Shown piece by piece: positions 37,876 through 49,090 of a stretch of DNA of 64,000 bases. The DNA is from Malacoraja senta. Its lineage: Eukaryota. The notes beneath the pieces are model-generated. The model saw only the letters and a list, made by a program, of their open reading frames with translations, had not been told where the DNA came from and made no database searches. Each line of letters starts with the position of its first letter. The stretch's first letter is position 1. The stretch spans positions 3,226,001-3,290,000 of the forward strand of contig CM075990.1 in NCBI GenBank assembly GCA_038087875.1, given 5' to 3'. A program made the translations under genes and the position numbers.

Positions 37876-38063
37876 CTTTGTGTAGAAAGGAACTGCAGTT
37901 GCTGGGTTACACCAAAGGTAGATACAAAGCGCTGGAGTAACTCGCCGGGTCGGGCATCAAGAAACTCTGGAGAAAATGTATTGGTGACGTTTCGGGTTGG
38001 GACCCTTCCTCAGACTCCCATCGGATCATAGTCAGGATCGAACCCGGGTCTCTGGCGCCGTAA

Positions 38064-38589
38064 GGGGCCTGTCCCACTTGGACGACCTACTCCACGAGTT
38101 TAGAAGACCCTAGAGGAGTTGAAAAAATGTCAAGGTCGTGTTGACTCGCCAAAGTAAAAGACCTCCTACGACCTCCTACGACTATGTCTACGACCTCCTA
38201 TGACCCCCCTCGACCTCAGTCTTCCACACTTAAGACCAACTACGACTAGCTACAAGTGGAAAATGATCGCATTATAAAATGATGTCAGGTTTGCATTTTG
38301 TTTCTCAGGCCAGTTACCGACCTCCAACTATCTACGACTACCATCACGACCTACCTACGAGTAAAAAGTATCAATTTTTTCCATGCCGACCTTTACTCGT
38401 GGATTTTTTTGTCAGGCTGGAAAAAACGCCGCGACCTACTTGAGACCACGAGTACGCGGAGACCACTCACGAGCATGAGGGAGAGTTACGAAGACCTCCT
38501 ACGACCTCGTGGCGACCATGCTGCGAGTATGAGTCAAGGGCAAACTCGGCAGAGGTCGCCAATTAGGTCGTGAAAGTGGGACAGGGGCT
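38064..38589. mobile_element. PIF/Harbinger-like MITE subtype 4 (long form), in a SINE head
   Basis: GGGGCCTGTCCCACTT...AAGTGGGACAGGGGCT; TAA/TTA flanks; right half matches 18548-18783. Confidence 0.85.
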
Positions 38590-39466
38590 TTAGGCAGCAA
38601 CTCTACCACTGCGCCACCGTGCCGCCCTGTGAGTGAGATACATTTGCCCAACAAGAATGGGAAGATCCTATTGCACTTGACAGCCTTCCAATGGCCCAAA
38701 CTTTCTTGGCTTCCATGCGGAAACAAAGAAGTACAAATGCTGGTTGATACCAAAGATAGACCCAGAATGCTGGAGTAACTCAACGGGTTAGGCAGCATCT
38801 CTGGAGAACATGCAGAGGTGACGTTTAGGTTGGGACCCTTCTTCAGATTGAAAGTGGGGGGAGGGAGGGGATGGATGAAAGGCAGGAGGGGAGAAAAGAT
38901 CAGGAGTAATCCCGGCCTGACCTCGGGCAGGGTGGTGCCCTGGTAGATAGACACAAAGTGCTGGAGTAACTCAGTGAGTCTGACGGCATCTCTGGAGAAC
39001 ATGGATAGGTGACGTTCCACATTTGGACCCATCGTCAGGTAGGCCCATTGTTGGCTGGGGAAGGTGTGATCTCAAGAGGGATACCATGTGGTGAAGTGCG
39101 AAACTGGTTAAATGACTATGGTCAAACGGGTTCTATGATTGTTTCTGAGCAGGTGAGGAGAGACACCTGGAGTGTTAACTCCAGCCAGCAACTCAACATT
39201 TAATGGAAGAAGCCTTCGCTTTTCCAGCCATTGTTTCCTCAAAGCGTCTGATACAGTGCTCCGAGCCAAGCTGAAGAAGATACTGTCCATTCCTCACTGT
39301 AGAGTCATAGTCGAAACTGGCCCTTCGGCCCAACCTGCCCATACCGGCCAACACGTCCCATCCACACTAAAGATAGACACAAAATGCTGGAGTAACTCAG
39401 CGGGACAGGCAGCATCTCTGAATAGAAGGAATGGGTGACGTTTTAGGCCGAGACCCTCTTCACACG

Positions 39467-39770
39467 CCGGTCACAGTGACGCAGCGGTAGAGTTGCCGCC
39501 TTACAGCGCCGGAGACCCGAGTTCGATCCCAAATACGGTTTCTGTCTATACGGAGTTTGTACGTTCTCCCCGTGACCTGCGTGGGTTTTCTCCGAGACCT
39601 TCGGCTTCCTCCCACACTCCAAAGACGTACAGGTTTGTAGGTTATTTGGCTTGGTAAATGTAAAAATTGTCCCTAGTAGGTGTAGGATGGTGCTAATGTG
39701 CGGGGATCGCTGGTCGTTGCCGACCCGGTGGACCGAAGGGCCTGTTTCCGCGCTCTATCTCAACTAAACA
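39467..39770 (+). mobile_element. HE1-like V-SINE
   Basis: Full copy. Confidence 0.88.
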
Positions 39771-41449
39771 CACTAGTCCCAACTACTTGCATTTGCCCAT
39801 TTTCCCCTCTAATCCTGTCATATCCATGTACCTGTCTAAATGTTTCTTAAACGTTGCTATAATACCTGCCTCCTCTGGCAGCTCGTTCCATACACCCACC
39901 ACCCCCTGCATGAAAAAGTTACCCCTTGGTATAGTTTTAAAATGTATTAATAACATTTGTTACATTTTTCCCTCTCACATACCTATGTCCTCTGGTTCCT
40001 CAGATCAATCTTCCCCCCCCTCACCTGAAACCTAAGTCCTCTGGTCCACGACGCCTCTACTCTGGCCAAGAGTCTCTGTGCGTCTACCCGATCTATTCCT
40101 CTCCTGATGTTGTAGTGACTCATCTTCAGTCAATCAAGTCAAAGTGAATTGCTATCCAGTCAATGATTATTGGGACATCTGCGTGTGAGCCATAGATAAA
40201 GATACAGTATAATCTCAATGATGTTCATCATTATGGTTTACTACCACCAAAGGGGCTTAATGGAGGTCTGTGCGAGCGATATATCTCTCAGATTAGTGCC
40301 ATCAAAATCTTAATAGAGTTTTGATCCTAATAATTTTTCACACTTACCGAGCAGCAGACTTTGTAAGGGTACAACTCTTCCTAATTATCCCTGAATTAGT
40401 TTTAAAAAAGGGAACAGGATTATTTGCATATCAGCGGCAATCGAATTCACCAAAGATGAAACTTGTTAGTATTTCACTCATAAGAAGAGTTCATAATGAA
40501 ACGCATGCTTTTAATGGGCCTGCCGTGAAATCAGTAGTTTGCAAAAAGCGATTCACGGCGAAAGGATTATGGTGAATGATAGTATAATTTGGTTCAGTTC
40601 ACTTCAGAGATACCGCTAGGAAACAGGCCCTTCGGCCCCCCAAGCCTCTCTCCGCAGGGAAGCTGGCAAATAATTAAAATGGACACTTCTTTTGTCAAGC
40701 TTGAAAGGGTTCAGATAAGATTTACGAGGATGTTGCCAGGACTAGAGGGTGTGAGCTATAGGCAGAGGTTGAGTAGGCTGGGTCTCTATTCCTTGGAGCG
40801 CAGGAGGATGAGGGGTGATCTTATAGAGGTGTACAAAATCATGAGAGGAATAGATCGGGTAGATGCACAGAGTCTCTTGCCCTGAGTAGGGGAATCTAGG
40901 ACCAGAGGTTCAAGGTGAAGGGGAAAGGATTTAATAGGAATCTGAGGGGTACGGTACAGAAACAGGCCCTTCGGCACACTGAGCCCGCACCGACACAAAC
41001 ACAAGCACCATCCTACACACTAGGGACAATTTACAATTTTTACCAAGGCAATTAACCTGCACATCTTTGGCGTGTGGGAGGAAACCGGAGCACCTGGAGA
41101 AACCCCACGCAGTCACAGGGAGAATGTACAAACTCTGTACAAACGGCATCCGTAGTCAGGATCGAACCGGGGTCTCTGGCGCTGTGAGGCAGCGACTCTA
41201 CCGCTGTGCTACTGTCTCCGGCAACATGTGGTAAATGCATAGAAACATAGAAACATAGAAAATAGTTGCAGGAGTAGGCCATTCGGCCCTTCGAGCCATT
41301 CAATGTGATCATGGCTGATCATCCAAAATCAATACTGCTTTCTCACCATATCCCTTGATTCCATTAGCCCTAAGAGCTAAATCTATCTCTCTCTAAATGC
41401 AAGAGGTTGGAGAGTGCACAGATTCCCCAAACAACATTTGAAAATGACG

Positions 41450-41542
41450 TCTGAAGAAGGATCTTGACCCGAAACGTCACCTATTCCTTCGCTCCATAAA
41501 TGCTGCCTCACCTGCTGAGTTTCTCCAATATTTTTGACTACC
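41450..41542 (+). mobile_element. Hammerhead-headed Penelope-derived mini-element (93 bp)
   Basis: Starts TCTGAAGAAGG, ends CTACC; TSD TTTGA(A/T)AATGACG 41437-41449 / 41543-41555. Confidence 0.85.
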
Positions 41543-41824
41543 TTTGATAATGACGGATAGTATGCTGTTTAAATGGAGCATACAGATAATCCTCATTATA
41601 ATGGACCATAGAGGGCACAGTGACCTATTTTATTGCCAATTGTCAATGGGAACAATGTACAGTGTCACAAAGGACCATTAGGTGGTTGCGACAAAGCTTA
41701 CAGTATGATAACTCTTTAAAATATATTTACAATGTTTAAAGTATTGTGTATTTTGTGTACTTTCCTGTTTTAATGTGTATTGTGTTTAGTGCACATTTAT
41801 TGGCTGTGTTTCCAATAGTTTTTG

Positions 41825-42121
41825 TTTTAGAGATGCAGACAGGAAACAGGCCCTTCGGCCCATCCAGTCCCCACCAACCAATGATCACCCCCGTACACTA
41901 GCACTATCCTACACACACTAGGGGTCAAGTTACTGAAGCGGATTAATCTACAAACCTGGACGTCTTTGGGATGTGGGAGGAAACCGGAGCACCAGGAGAA
42001 AACCCACGTGGTCACAGGGAGAATGTACAAACTCCGTACAGACAGCACCCGTAGTGGGGATCGAACCGGGTCTCTGGCACTGTAAGGCAGAAACTCTACC
42101 GCTGCGCCACCATGCTGCCCT
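41825..42121 (-). mobile_element. HE1-like V-SINE
   Basis: Antisense full copy. Confidence 0.9.
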
Positions 42122-42176
42122 CTGATTACTCTGATTAGATAGTGTCTTAAGACCATGCCATTTATTACATCCATTA

Positions 42177-42580
42177 AAGGCCTGTCCCACTTAGGTGATT
42201 TCTTAGGCGACTACAAGCGACTTGGCTGTCGCCACATGGTCACCGGGCTGTCGCCTGTATGGTTGTGAGTAGTCTCCTCAGTCGCCCAATGAGTCGTAGT
42301 GTTTTTCTGCTCGGCGCTGAATTTTGAATTGTCTTGAGTTGTCTTCAGTTGTCGTAGCTTGTCGCGGGTGGACGTAGGTTGTCGTGGGTGGGGTCATAGG
42401 TGGACATCCTAATGGGTCGCCGGTTGTCGGTAGCTTGCCATAGCTTGACGTCGACTAGGTGGTAGGTTGTCGTAGACATTGTCGTAGGGGGGGTCCAGTC
42501 GCCGTTTTTTCGGCGACCTGCTACGACTATGACAGACGCCGACAGTCGCCGAAAAAAATCGCCTAAGTGGGACAGGCCCT
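42177..42580. mobile_element. PIF/Harbinger-like MITE subtype 3
   Basis: GGCCTGTCCCACTTAGG / CCTAAGTGGGACAGGCC; TTA TSD; matches 17006-17525. Confidence 0.88.
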
Positions 42581-43029
42581 TTACTCTACCATTCCTCTCA
42601 TACCTTCAGACATTCATTCACTAATCTCCAAATCTTTAACCGCAGATGTACAAACCTTGGCCCAGTGTAGCCACAGATGGGCGGCACAGTGGCGCAACTG
42701 TAGAGGTTCGTCCTCACAGTGCAAGGGACCCGAGTTCGATCCTAACCTTGGATGCTGTGTGTGTGGAGTTTGCAAGATCTCCCTGTGACCGCGTGGTTTT
42801 CCTCCCACATCCCAAAGACGTGCGGGTTTGCAGGTTAATTAGCCCTCTGTAAATTGCCCCGAGTCATGTAGGGAGTGGATGAGAAAGTGGGATCGCATAG
42901 AACTAGTGTGAGCTCCTCAAGGTATGCCGACTTTGAAGACTCCTCTTCTCACCGACGAGAGTTCTGCGACAATGTCTCACCTCCAATTTCCACCTCCCTC
43001 TGACCTCTACCTCTCAGTCCAAAGAACTG

Positions 43030-43480
43030 AGGAAAGATTGAAAAGACTAGGCTTGTATTCACTGGAGTTTAGAAGGATGAGGGGGCATCTTATAGAAACA
43101 TAAAATTATAAAAAGGACTGGACAAGCTAGATGCAGGAAAAATGTTCCCAATGTTGGGCGAGTCCAGAACCAAGGGCCACAGTCTTAGAATAAAGGGGAG
43201 GTCATTTAAGACTGAGGTGAGAAAAAACTTTTTCACCCAGAGAGTTGTGAATTTATGGAATTCCCTGCCACAGAGGGCAGTGGAGGCCAAGTCACTGGAT
43301 GGATTTAAGAGAGAGTTAGATAGAGCTCTAGGGGCTAGTGGAGTCAAGGGATATGGGGAGAAGGCAGGCACGAGTTATTGATAGGGGACGATCAGCCATG
43401 ATCACAATGAATGGCGGTGCTGGCTCGAAGGGCCAAATGGCCTCCTCCTGCACCTATTTTCTATGTTTCTATGTTTCTAT
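43030..43480 (+). mobile_element. CR1 3' fragment
   Basis: MFPMLGESRTKGHSLRIKG...LWNSLP plus (TTTCTATG)n tail. Confidence 0.9.
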
Positions 43481-43556
43481 GAAAGGTCCCGACCCAAAAC
43501 GTCACCTATTCCTTTTCTGTAGAGATGCTGCCTGACTCGCTGAGTTACTCCAGCAC

Positions 43557-43770
43557 TAGGGGAGTTAAAAAGTTTTGCAACCGGGAGATGGCGTAGGCCA
43601 AGACGGACTGAGCATAGGTGTTGAGCGAAACGATCGCCAAGTCTGCGCTTGGTCTCGCCAATATATAAGAGCCCACCCTGAGAACAATGGATACAGTCGA
43701 CGAGGTTGGAGGAGGTGCAAGTGAATCTCTGCCTCACCTGAAAGGACTGTCGGAGTCCCTGGATGGAACT
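43557..43770 (-). mobile_element. Penelope GIY-YIG endonuclease fragment
   Basis: FTCTSSNLVDCIHCSQGGLLYIGETKRRLGDRFAQHL. Confidence 0.88.
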
Positions 43771-43919
43771 ACTATGGAGTAAACCAGCCTCTTCTGATCC
43801 TTGCGACACAATGCGAAATGGGCGATCGATGGTTGGCGTGGACTCAATGGGCCGAACGGCCTGTGTTTTGTGCTGTAAATTTAAACTAAACCATCGAACA
43901 TCTGAGTTTGTCAGTGTTT

Positions 43920-44091
43920 AAGAAGGAACTGCAGATGCTGGAAAATCGAAGGTAGACAAAAGTGCTGGAGGAACTCAGCGGGTGCAGCAGCATCTATGCA
44001 GCGAAGGAAATAGGCAACGTTTCGGCCCGAAACGTTGCCTATTTCCTTCGCTCCATCGATGCTGCTGCACCCGCTGAGTTTCTCCAGCACT
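43920..44091. mobile_element. Penelope-derived fold-back element
   Basis: Arms inverted about CAACGTTTCGGCCCGAAACGTTG; 17-bp TSD 43903-43919 / 44092-44108. Confidence 0.88.
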
Positions 44092-44973
44092 TGAGTTTGT
44101 CAGTGTTTGGCATTAAAAACTGGGAACAAACAGGACAGTGGGTAGGTGGGGGGGGGGGGGTTGCAGAGACCACCACCAAAACTTCTAAACAAGACATGAC
44201 ACTAAAGAACAAGCTTCCCCTGGTTGCCGTTTGATAAATAGATTTTTCTGTAGCTCCTCGCGAAATCCTTGGTAACCCAACACAAAGCACGGTGGATGGG
44301 AGCCTGGGAGACACTGCATATGTAATCCTAAATAACAGACTTTTAATGATCACATAATCACTTTCTGTTGTTATGTAAAACTGTAACCTTAAGCACTTCT
44401 CAGCAATGCACATTTCCATTGCACTCTAACCACTTTCAGCCAGCGTGCCGCAGTTCCTTCTGTTCCCCATATGGCCGCTTTGTTTCGGTAATGGCTGATT
44501 ATGCGCCCCCTCTGTTGCCGCTCACCCCCCCACAGTGCAGATAAACCATTGGTTCCACTATTCCTCAAAGCTTCCTCGAAAAGGGCTGCAAGTCAATGCC
44601 AGGGGACGGGGCGCGATCTGGCTCGGGAGGTTGCCAATTCACGGGCCGATTCAATATCCTCCGGGATATTTACGGGACCGGGCATTCACCTCAGATGGGA
44701 GAAAGTACCCGGTCCTGCTGAGCCGGCTCCATCTTTTCGAAAGGGCGGTCAAATGAGCCACTAAAACCCAACCGTGTTTTTTTCCCCCACGAGTCCCCCG
44801 GTTTTATTCCCTTTATGGGGTCAAGGAAAGAGCGTTCACGTCGCGGCCCTGTTTCCACCAATCGTTCCACCACCACGCACAAGAAGCACAAGAAGCATAA
44901 GAACAACTTCTAATCTTGTGTGTGGACTCGTTAAGAAGAAGATTCCCTTTATTTCGACCCGTTACGGTAACTT

Positions 44974-45108
44974 GCGTAGGATGGAACTGCAGATGCTGGT
45001 TTAAACCGAAGATAGACACAAAATGCTGGAGTAACTCAGCGGGACGGGCAGCATCTCTGGAGAGAAGGAATGGGTGACGTTTTGGGTCGAGACCCTTCTT
45101 CAGACAAA
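44974..45108 (-). mobile_element. Hammerhead-headed mini-element, long (~130 bp) form
   Basis: TSD GTTAC(G/T)GTAACTT 44961-44973 / 45109-45121. Confidence 0.82.
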
Positions 45109-45405
45109 GTTACTGTAACTTTCTGTGTTTGCTCACAGTGAATTCTGATATGAAGCTATAATTTTTTTTTTTTGGCAGAGCTTGTGACCGGCTTCGATTA
45201 GTTCAGAGATACAGCATGGAAACAGGCCCTTCGGCCCACCGAGTCCATGACGACCAGCGATCCACACACACTAACACCATCCTACGCACTCCAGGGACAA
45301 TTTACATTTATACCGAGCCAATTAACCCACAAACCTGTACATCTTTGGAGTGTTGTGTAGAGTATTTTATGATTCATTCCATAGCGTTCAAAACTTGCCA
45401 TACAG

Positions 45406-46050
45406 TACAGTGGCAGCCCCATCCCCTCCAGTACTGTACCCCAGTGTTATACCAGACCTGCCCCACCGGTACTGTACCCCAGTGTTATACAGTGGCAGTC
45501 CCATCCCCTCCAGTACTGTACCCCAGTGTTATACTCCAGACCTGTCCCCACCGGTACTGTACCCCAGTGTTATATAGTGACCGACCCATCCCCACCGGTA
45601 CTGTACCCCAATATTATACAGCAACAGACCTGTCCCCACCAGTACTGTGCCCCAGTGTTATATAGTGACAGACCCAACCCCACCAGTACTGTACCCCAAT
45701 ATTATACAGTGGCAGTCCCATCCCCTCCAGTACTGTACCCCAGTGTTATACAGTGACCGACCCAACCCCACCAGTACTGTACCCCAATATTATACAGTGG
45801 CAGTCCCATCCCCACCAGTACTGTACCCCAGTGTTATACAGTGACCGACCCAACCCCACCAGTACAGTACCCCAATATTATACAGTGGCAGTCCCATCCC
45901 CACCAGTACTGTACCCCAGTGTTATACAGTGGCAGTCCCATCCCTACCAGTACTGTACCCCAGTGTTATACAGACAGACCCAACCCCACCGGTACTGTAC
46001 CCCAATATTATACAACTACAGATCTGTCCCCACCAGTACTGTACCCCAGC
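45406..46050. repeat. 44-bp minisatellite with alternating A/B monomers (88-bp higher-order unit)
   Basis: CAGTGGCAGTCCCATCCCCTCCAGTACTGTACCCCAGTGTTATA and CAGTGACCGACCCAACCCCACCAGTACTGTACCCCAATATTATA. Confidence 0.95.
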
Positions 46051-46579
46051 GTAAGACAGTGGGAAACCTGTAAACTGGAGTACTGTATCCCACTAATAAA
46101 AACAAAAGTTCTGAGACACACCCAAGAAGGTGTCTTACTTTTCCAGTTCAGATGAAGGGTCTTCCACCTAAAACCTACCTTCTATTTACCTAAGAATTAA
46201 ATTCTAAATTCTATGAACCACTGTTGTATAACGTTAGTACCTCCACCAATGTAAAGCACTTTGGCCAACGAGAGTTGTTTTTTAAATGTGCTATAGAAAT
46301 AAAAGTGACTTGACTATTTCTTTGTCTCCAGATGCTGCCTGACCAGCTGAGATTATCTGGAATTGTTGGTTTTCTTTCAGATTTCTAGCATCTGAATGTA
46401 ATTGATCTATATCTAATGTAGACCATCATGATGTCGGTATAAACATACGTCTGGAGTACTGTCGACCAGTGTTATTCATTGTACCCATTGGTAACTGGTA
46501 CAGGTGACAATAAACTGACCTTGAAATCTTGAAACCTTGGTACTGCACCCCAATGTTATGGAGAGTTGCACCATTCAGC

Positions 46580-47115
46580 AACTGTATTATATCCTAGAGT
46601 ACAGGTGCACAGTAGAGAGCATAGTGACTGGTTGCATCGTGGCCTGGTTCGGCAACTTGAACGTCCAGGAGCGGAAAAGGCTGCAAAAAGTTGTGACCAC
46701 TGCCCAGTCCATCACCGGCTCTGACCTCCCCACCATCAAAGGGATCTATCACAGTCACTGCCTCAAAAAGGCAGGCAACATCATCAAAGACCCACACCAT
46801 CCTGGCCACACACTCATTTCACCACTGCCATCGGGAAGAAGGTACAGGAGCCTGAAAACTGTAACGTCCAGGTTCAGGAACAGCTTCTTCCCCACAGCCA
46901 TCAGGCTATTAAACACAACAACAAATAAGCTGTGAACTACAATAGACTATTATTATTATTGCATTATTTATTGAGTATGTGTGCATGTGTATATATACGC
47001 ACTGAACCTTTTTTTTCCAGTTATATACTATGTTTACATATTGTGTTGTGCTGCAGCAAGCAAGAATTTCATTGTCCTATCTGGGACACATGACAATAAA
47101 ACACTCTTGACTCTT
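46580..47115 (+). mobile_element. Rex1/Babar LINE 3' fragment with 3' UTR
   Basis: YRCTVESIVTGCIVAWFGN...DPHHPGH...RFRNSFFPTAIRLLN; GAATTTCATTG...ATGACAATAAA tail. Confidence 0.9.
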
Positions 47116-48285
47116 GATAAATCAGTAGCAGCAATGATTTAAAGCAGAGAATGGTGTTAAGTTTTTAAGTTTAAGGATACAGAATGGAAACAGGCTTTTC
47201 AGCCCTAAGCTAAATATCGAACACCCGTTCACTGCTCTCTGCTTTGTTCTATACCTTTTCATCCCTTTCGTTTCCCTCTCCCCCTGACTCTCAGTCGGAA
47301 GAAGGGTCTCGACCCGAAACGTCACCCATTCCTTCTCTCCACTGATGCTGCCTGTCCCGCTGAGTTACTCCAGCACTTTGTGTCTATCTTCGGTGTAAAC
47401 CAGCATCTGCAGTTCCTTCCTACACCTATTCCTTTTAGTTTAGTTGGGTTTGGTTTAGAGCACGGAGACGCGCCCTTCGGCCCACCAAGTCCGCGCCAAC
47501 CGGCGATCCCCGAACACCAGCACGCCTGGGACAATTTCAAACTTTACCGAAGCCAACTAGCCTACAAACCTGTACATCTTTGGAGTACAATCTACGCAGG
47601 TCACGGGGAGAAGGTACAAACTCCATACAGACAGCACCCATGGTCAGGATCGAACACTGTAAGGTGGTAGCTCTACTGCTGCACCACCCTCTTTCCCAAG
47701 AGATGCTGCCAGACCCGCTGAGTTACTCCAGCAGTTTGTGTTCATACCCATTCACACTAGTTCTATGTTATTTCACTTTCCCATTCACTCCCTACACACG
47801 ATGGGCAAATAACAGAGGCCAATTAACATACAGACATATACTGTACGTTTTGGGATGTGGGAGGAAAGTTATCTTGGCATCATATTTGGCATAAACATAG
47901 TGGGCCGAAGGGCCTGTTGCTGTTCTATGTTCTATGTAAACTAGAGCACCCGTGGGAAACCCACACGGTCACAGGGAGAATGTGTAAACTCCACACAGAT
48001 AGCACCCGAGGTCAGGATCGAACCCGGGTCTCTGGTGCTGTGAGGCAGCAACTCTACCAGCCCCATCTGTTCTAATGGACCACTTGTGGGTGTTAGGGTG
48101 ATGACATAAGGAATAGAAGTAGAATTAGGCCATTCGGCCCATCAAGTATAGTCCACCATTCAATCATGGCTGATCTATCTCACCCTCCTAACCCCGTTCT
48201 CCTGCCTAACGGTGGTCGATCGGATTATTTTCTGGTGGGACGCAAACTGTCTCTGGTAGGCATCACAGTAGTCAATTACAGCAAA

Positions 48286-48380
48286 GGTAGACAAAAATGC
48301 TGGAGAAACTCAGCGGGTGCAGCAGCATCTATGGAGCGAAGGAAATAGGCAACGTTTCGGGCCGAAACCCTTCTTCAGAC
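48286..48380 (-). mobile_element. Hammerhead-headed mini-element (95 bp), intact core
   Basis: Perfect 15-bp TSD GTCAATTACAGCAAA 48271-48285 / 48381-48395. Confidence 0.9.
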
Positions 48381-48457
48381 GTCAATTACAGCAAATGTTT
48401 AGTTAAGTTAAGTTAAGTTTAGTTAAGTTAAGTTTAGTTTAGTTTAGTTTAGTTTAA

Positions 48458-49090
48458 AGCGGCACGGTGGCGCAGCGGTAGAGTTGCTGCCTCACAGCGC
48501 TGGGGACCCCTGTCACATCGTGACTACGGGTGCTGTCTGTACAGAGTTTGTACGTTCTCCCCGTGCCTGCAAGGGTTTTCTCTAAGAGCTTCGGTTTCCT
48601 CCAGCACACCTGACGTACATTTTGAAGGATAATTGGCTTGGTATAAGGTTCAAAGGTTCAAAGGTTCAAAGGTTCTTTATTAGTATAAATGTATAAATGT
48701 AAAAATTGCCTGTCTCTAGTGTGTGTAGGGTAGTGTTAATGTGCGGGGATCTCTGGTCGGTGTGGGCCGAAGGGCCTGTTTCCGCACTGCATCTCTCTCT
48801 CTATCTCTAGTTTAGAGATACAGTGCGGAAACAGGCCCTTCGTTCCACCGAGTCCGCGCCGATCCCGTACACAAGCGCTATCCTACACACACTGGGGACA
48901 ATTTACAATCTTTGCCGAAGCCAATTAACCTACAAACCTGCACGACTTTGGAGTGTGGGAGGAAACCGGAGCACCCGGAGAAAAGCCACGTGGTCACAGG
49001 GAGAATGTACAAACTCCGTACAGACAGCACCCGTGGTCAGGATCGAACACTGTAAGGCAGCAGCTCTACCGCTGCGCCACCGTGCCACCC
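48458..49090. mobile_element. Tail-to-tail pair of V-SINEs (+ 48458-48795; - 48810-49090)
   Basis: Heads at both outer ends. Confidence 0.85.

Noticed and set aside
41580..41700. Possible Tigger/pogo-like TIR (TACAGATAATCCTCATTATAATGGAC)
   Set aside because: No matching second TIR identified.
44501..44520. CTCF site
   Set aside because: Only the AGGGGGCGC half matches, so it is not listed as a feature.
45406..46050. CRISPR-like repeat/spacer appearance
   Set aside because: The variable parts are two recurring related variants, not unique spacers; vertebrate context and no cas genes.
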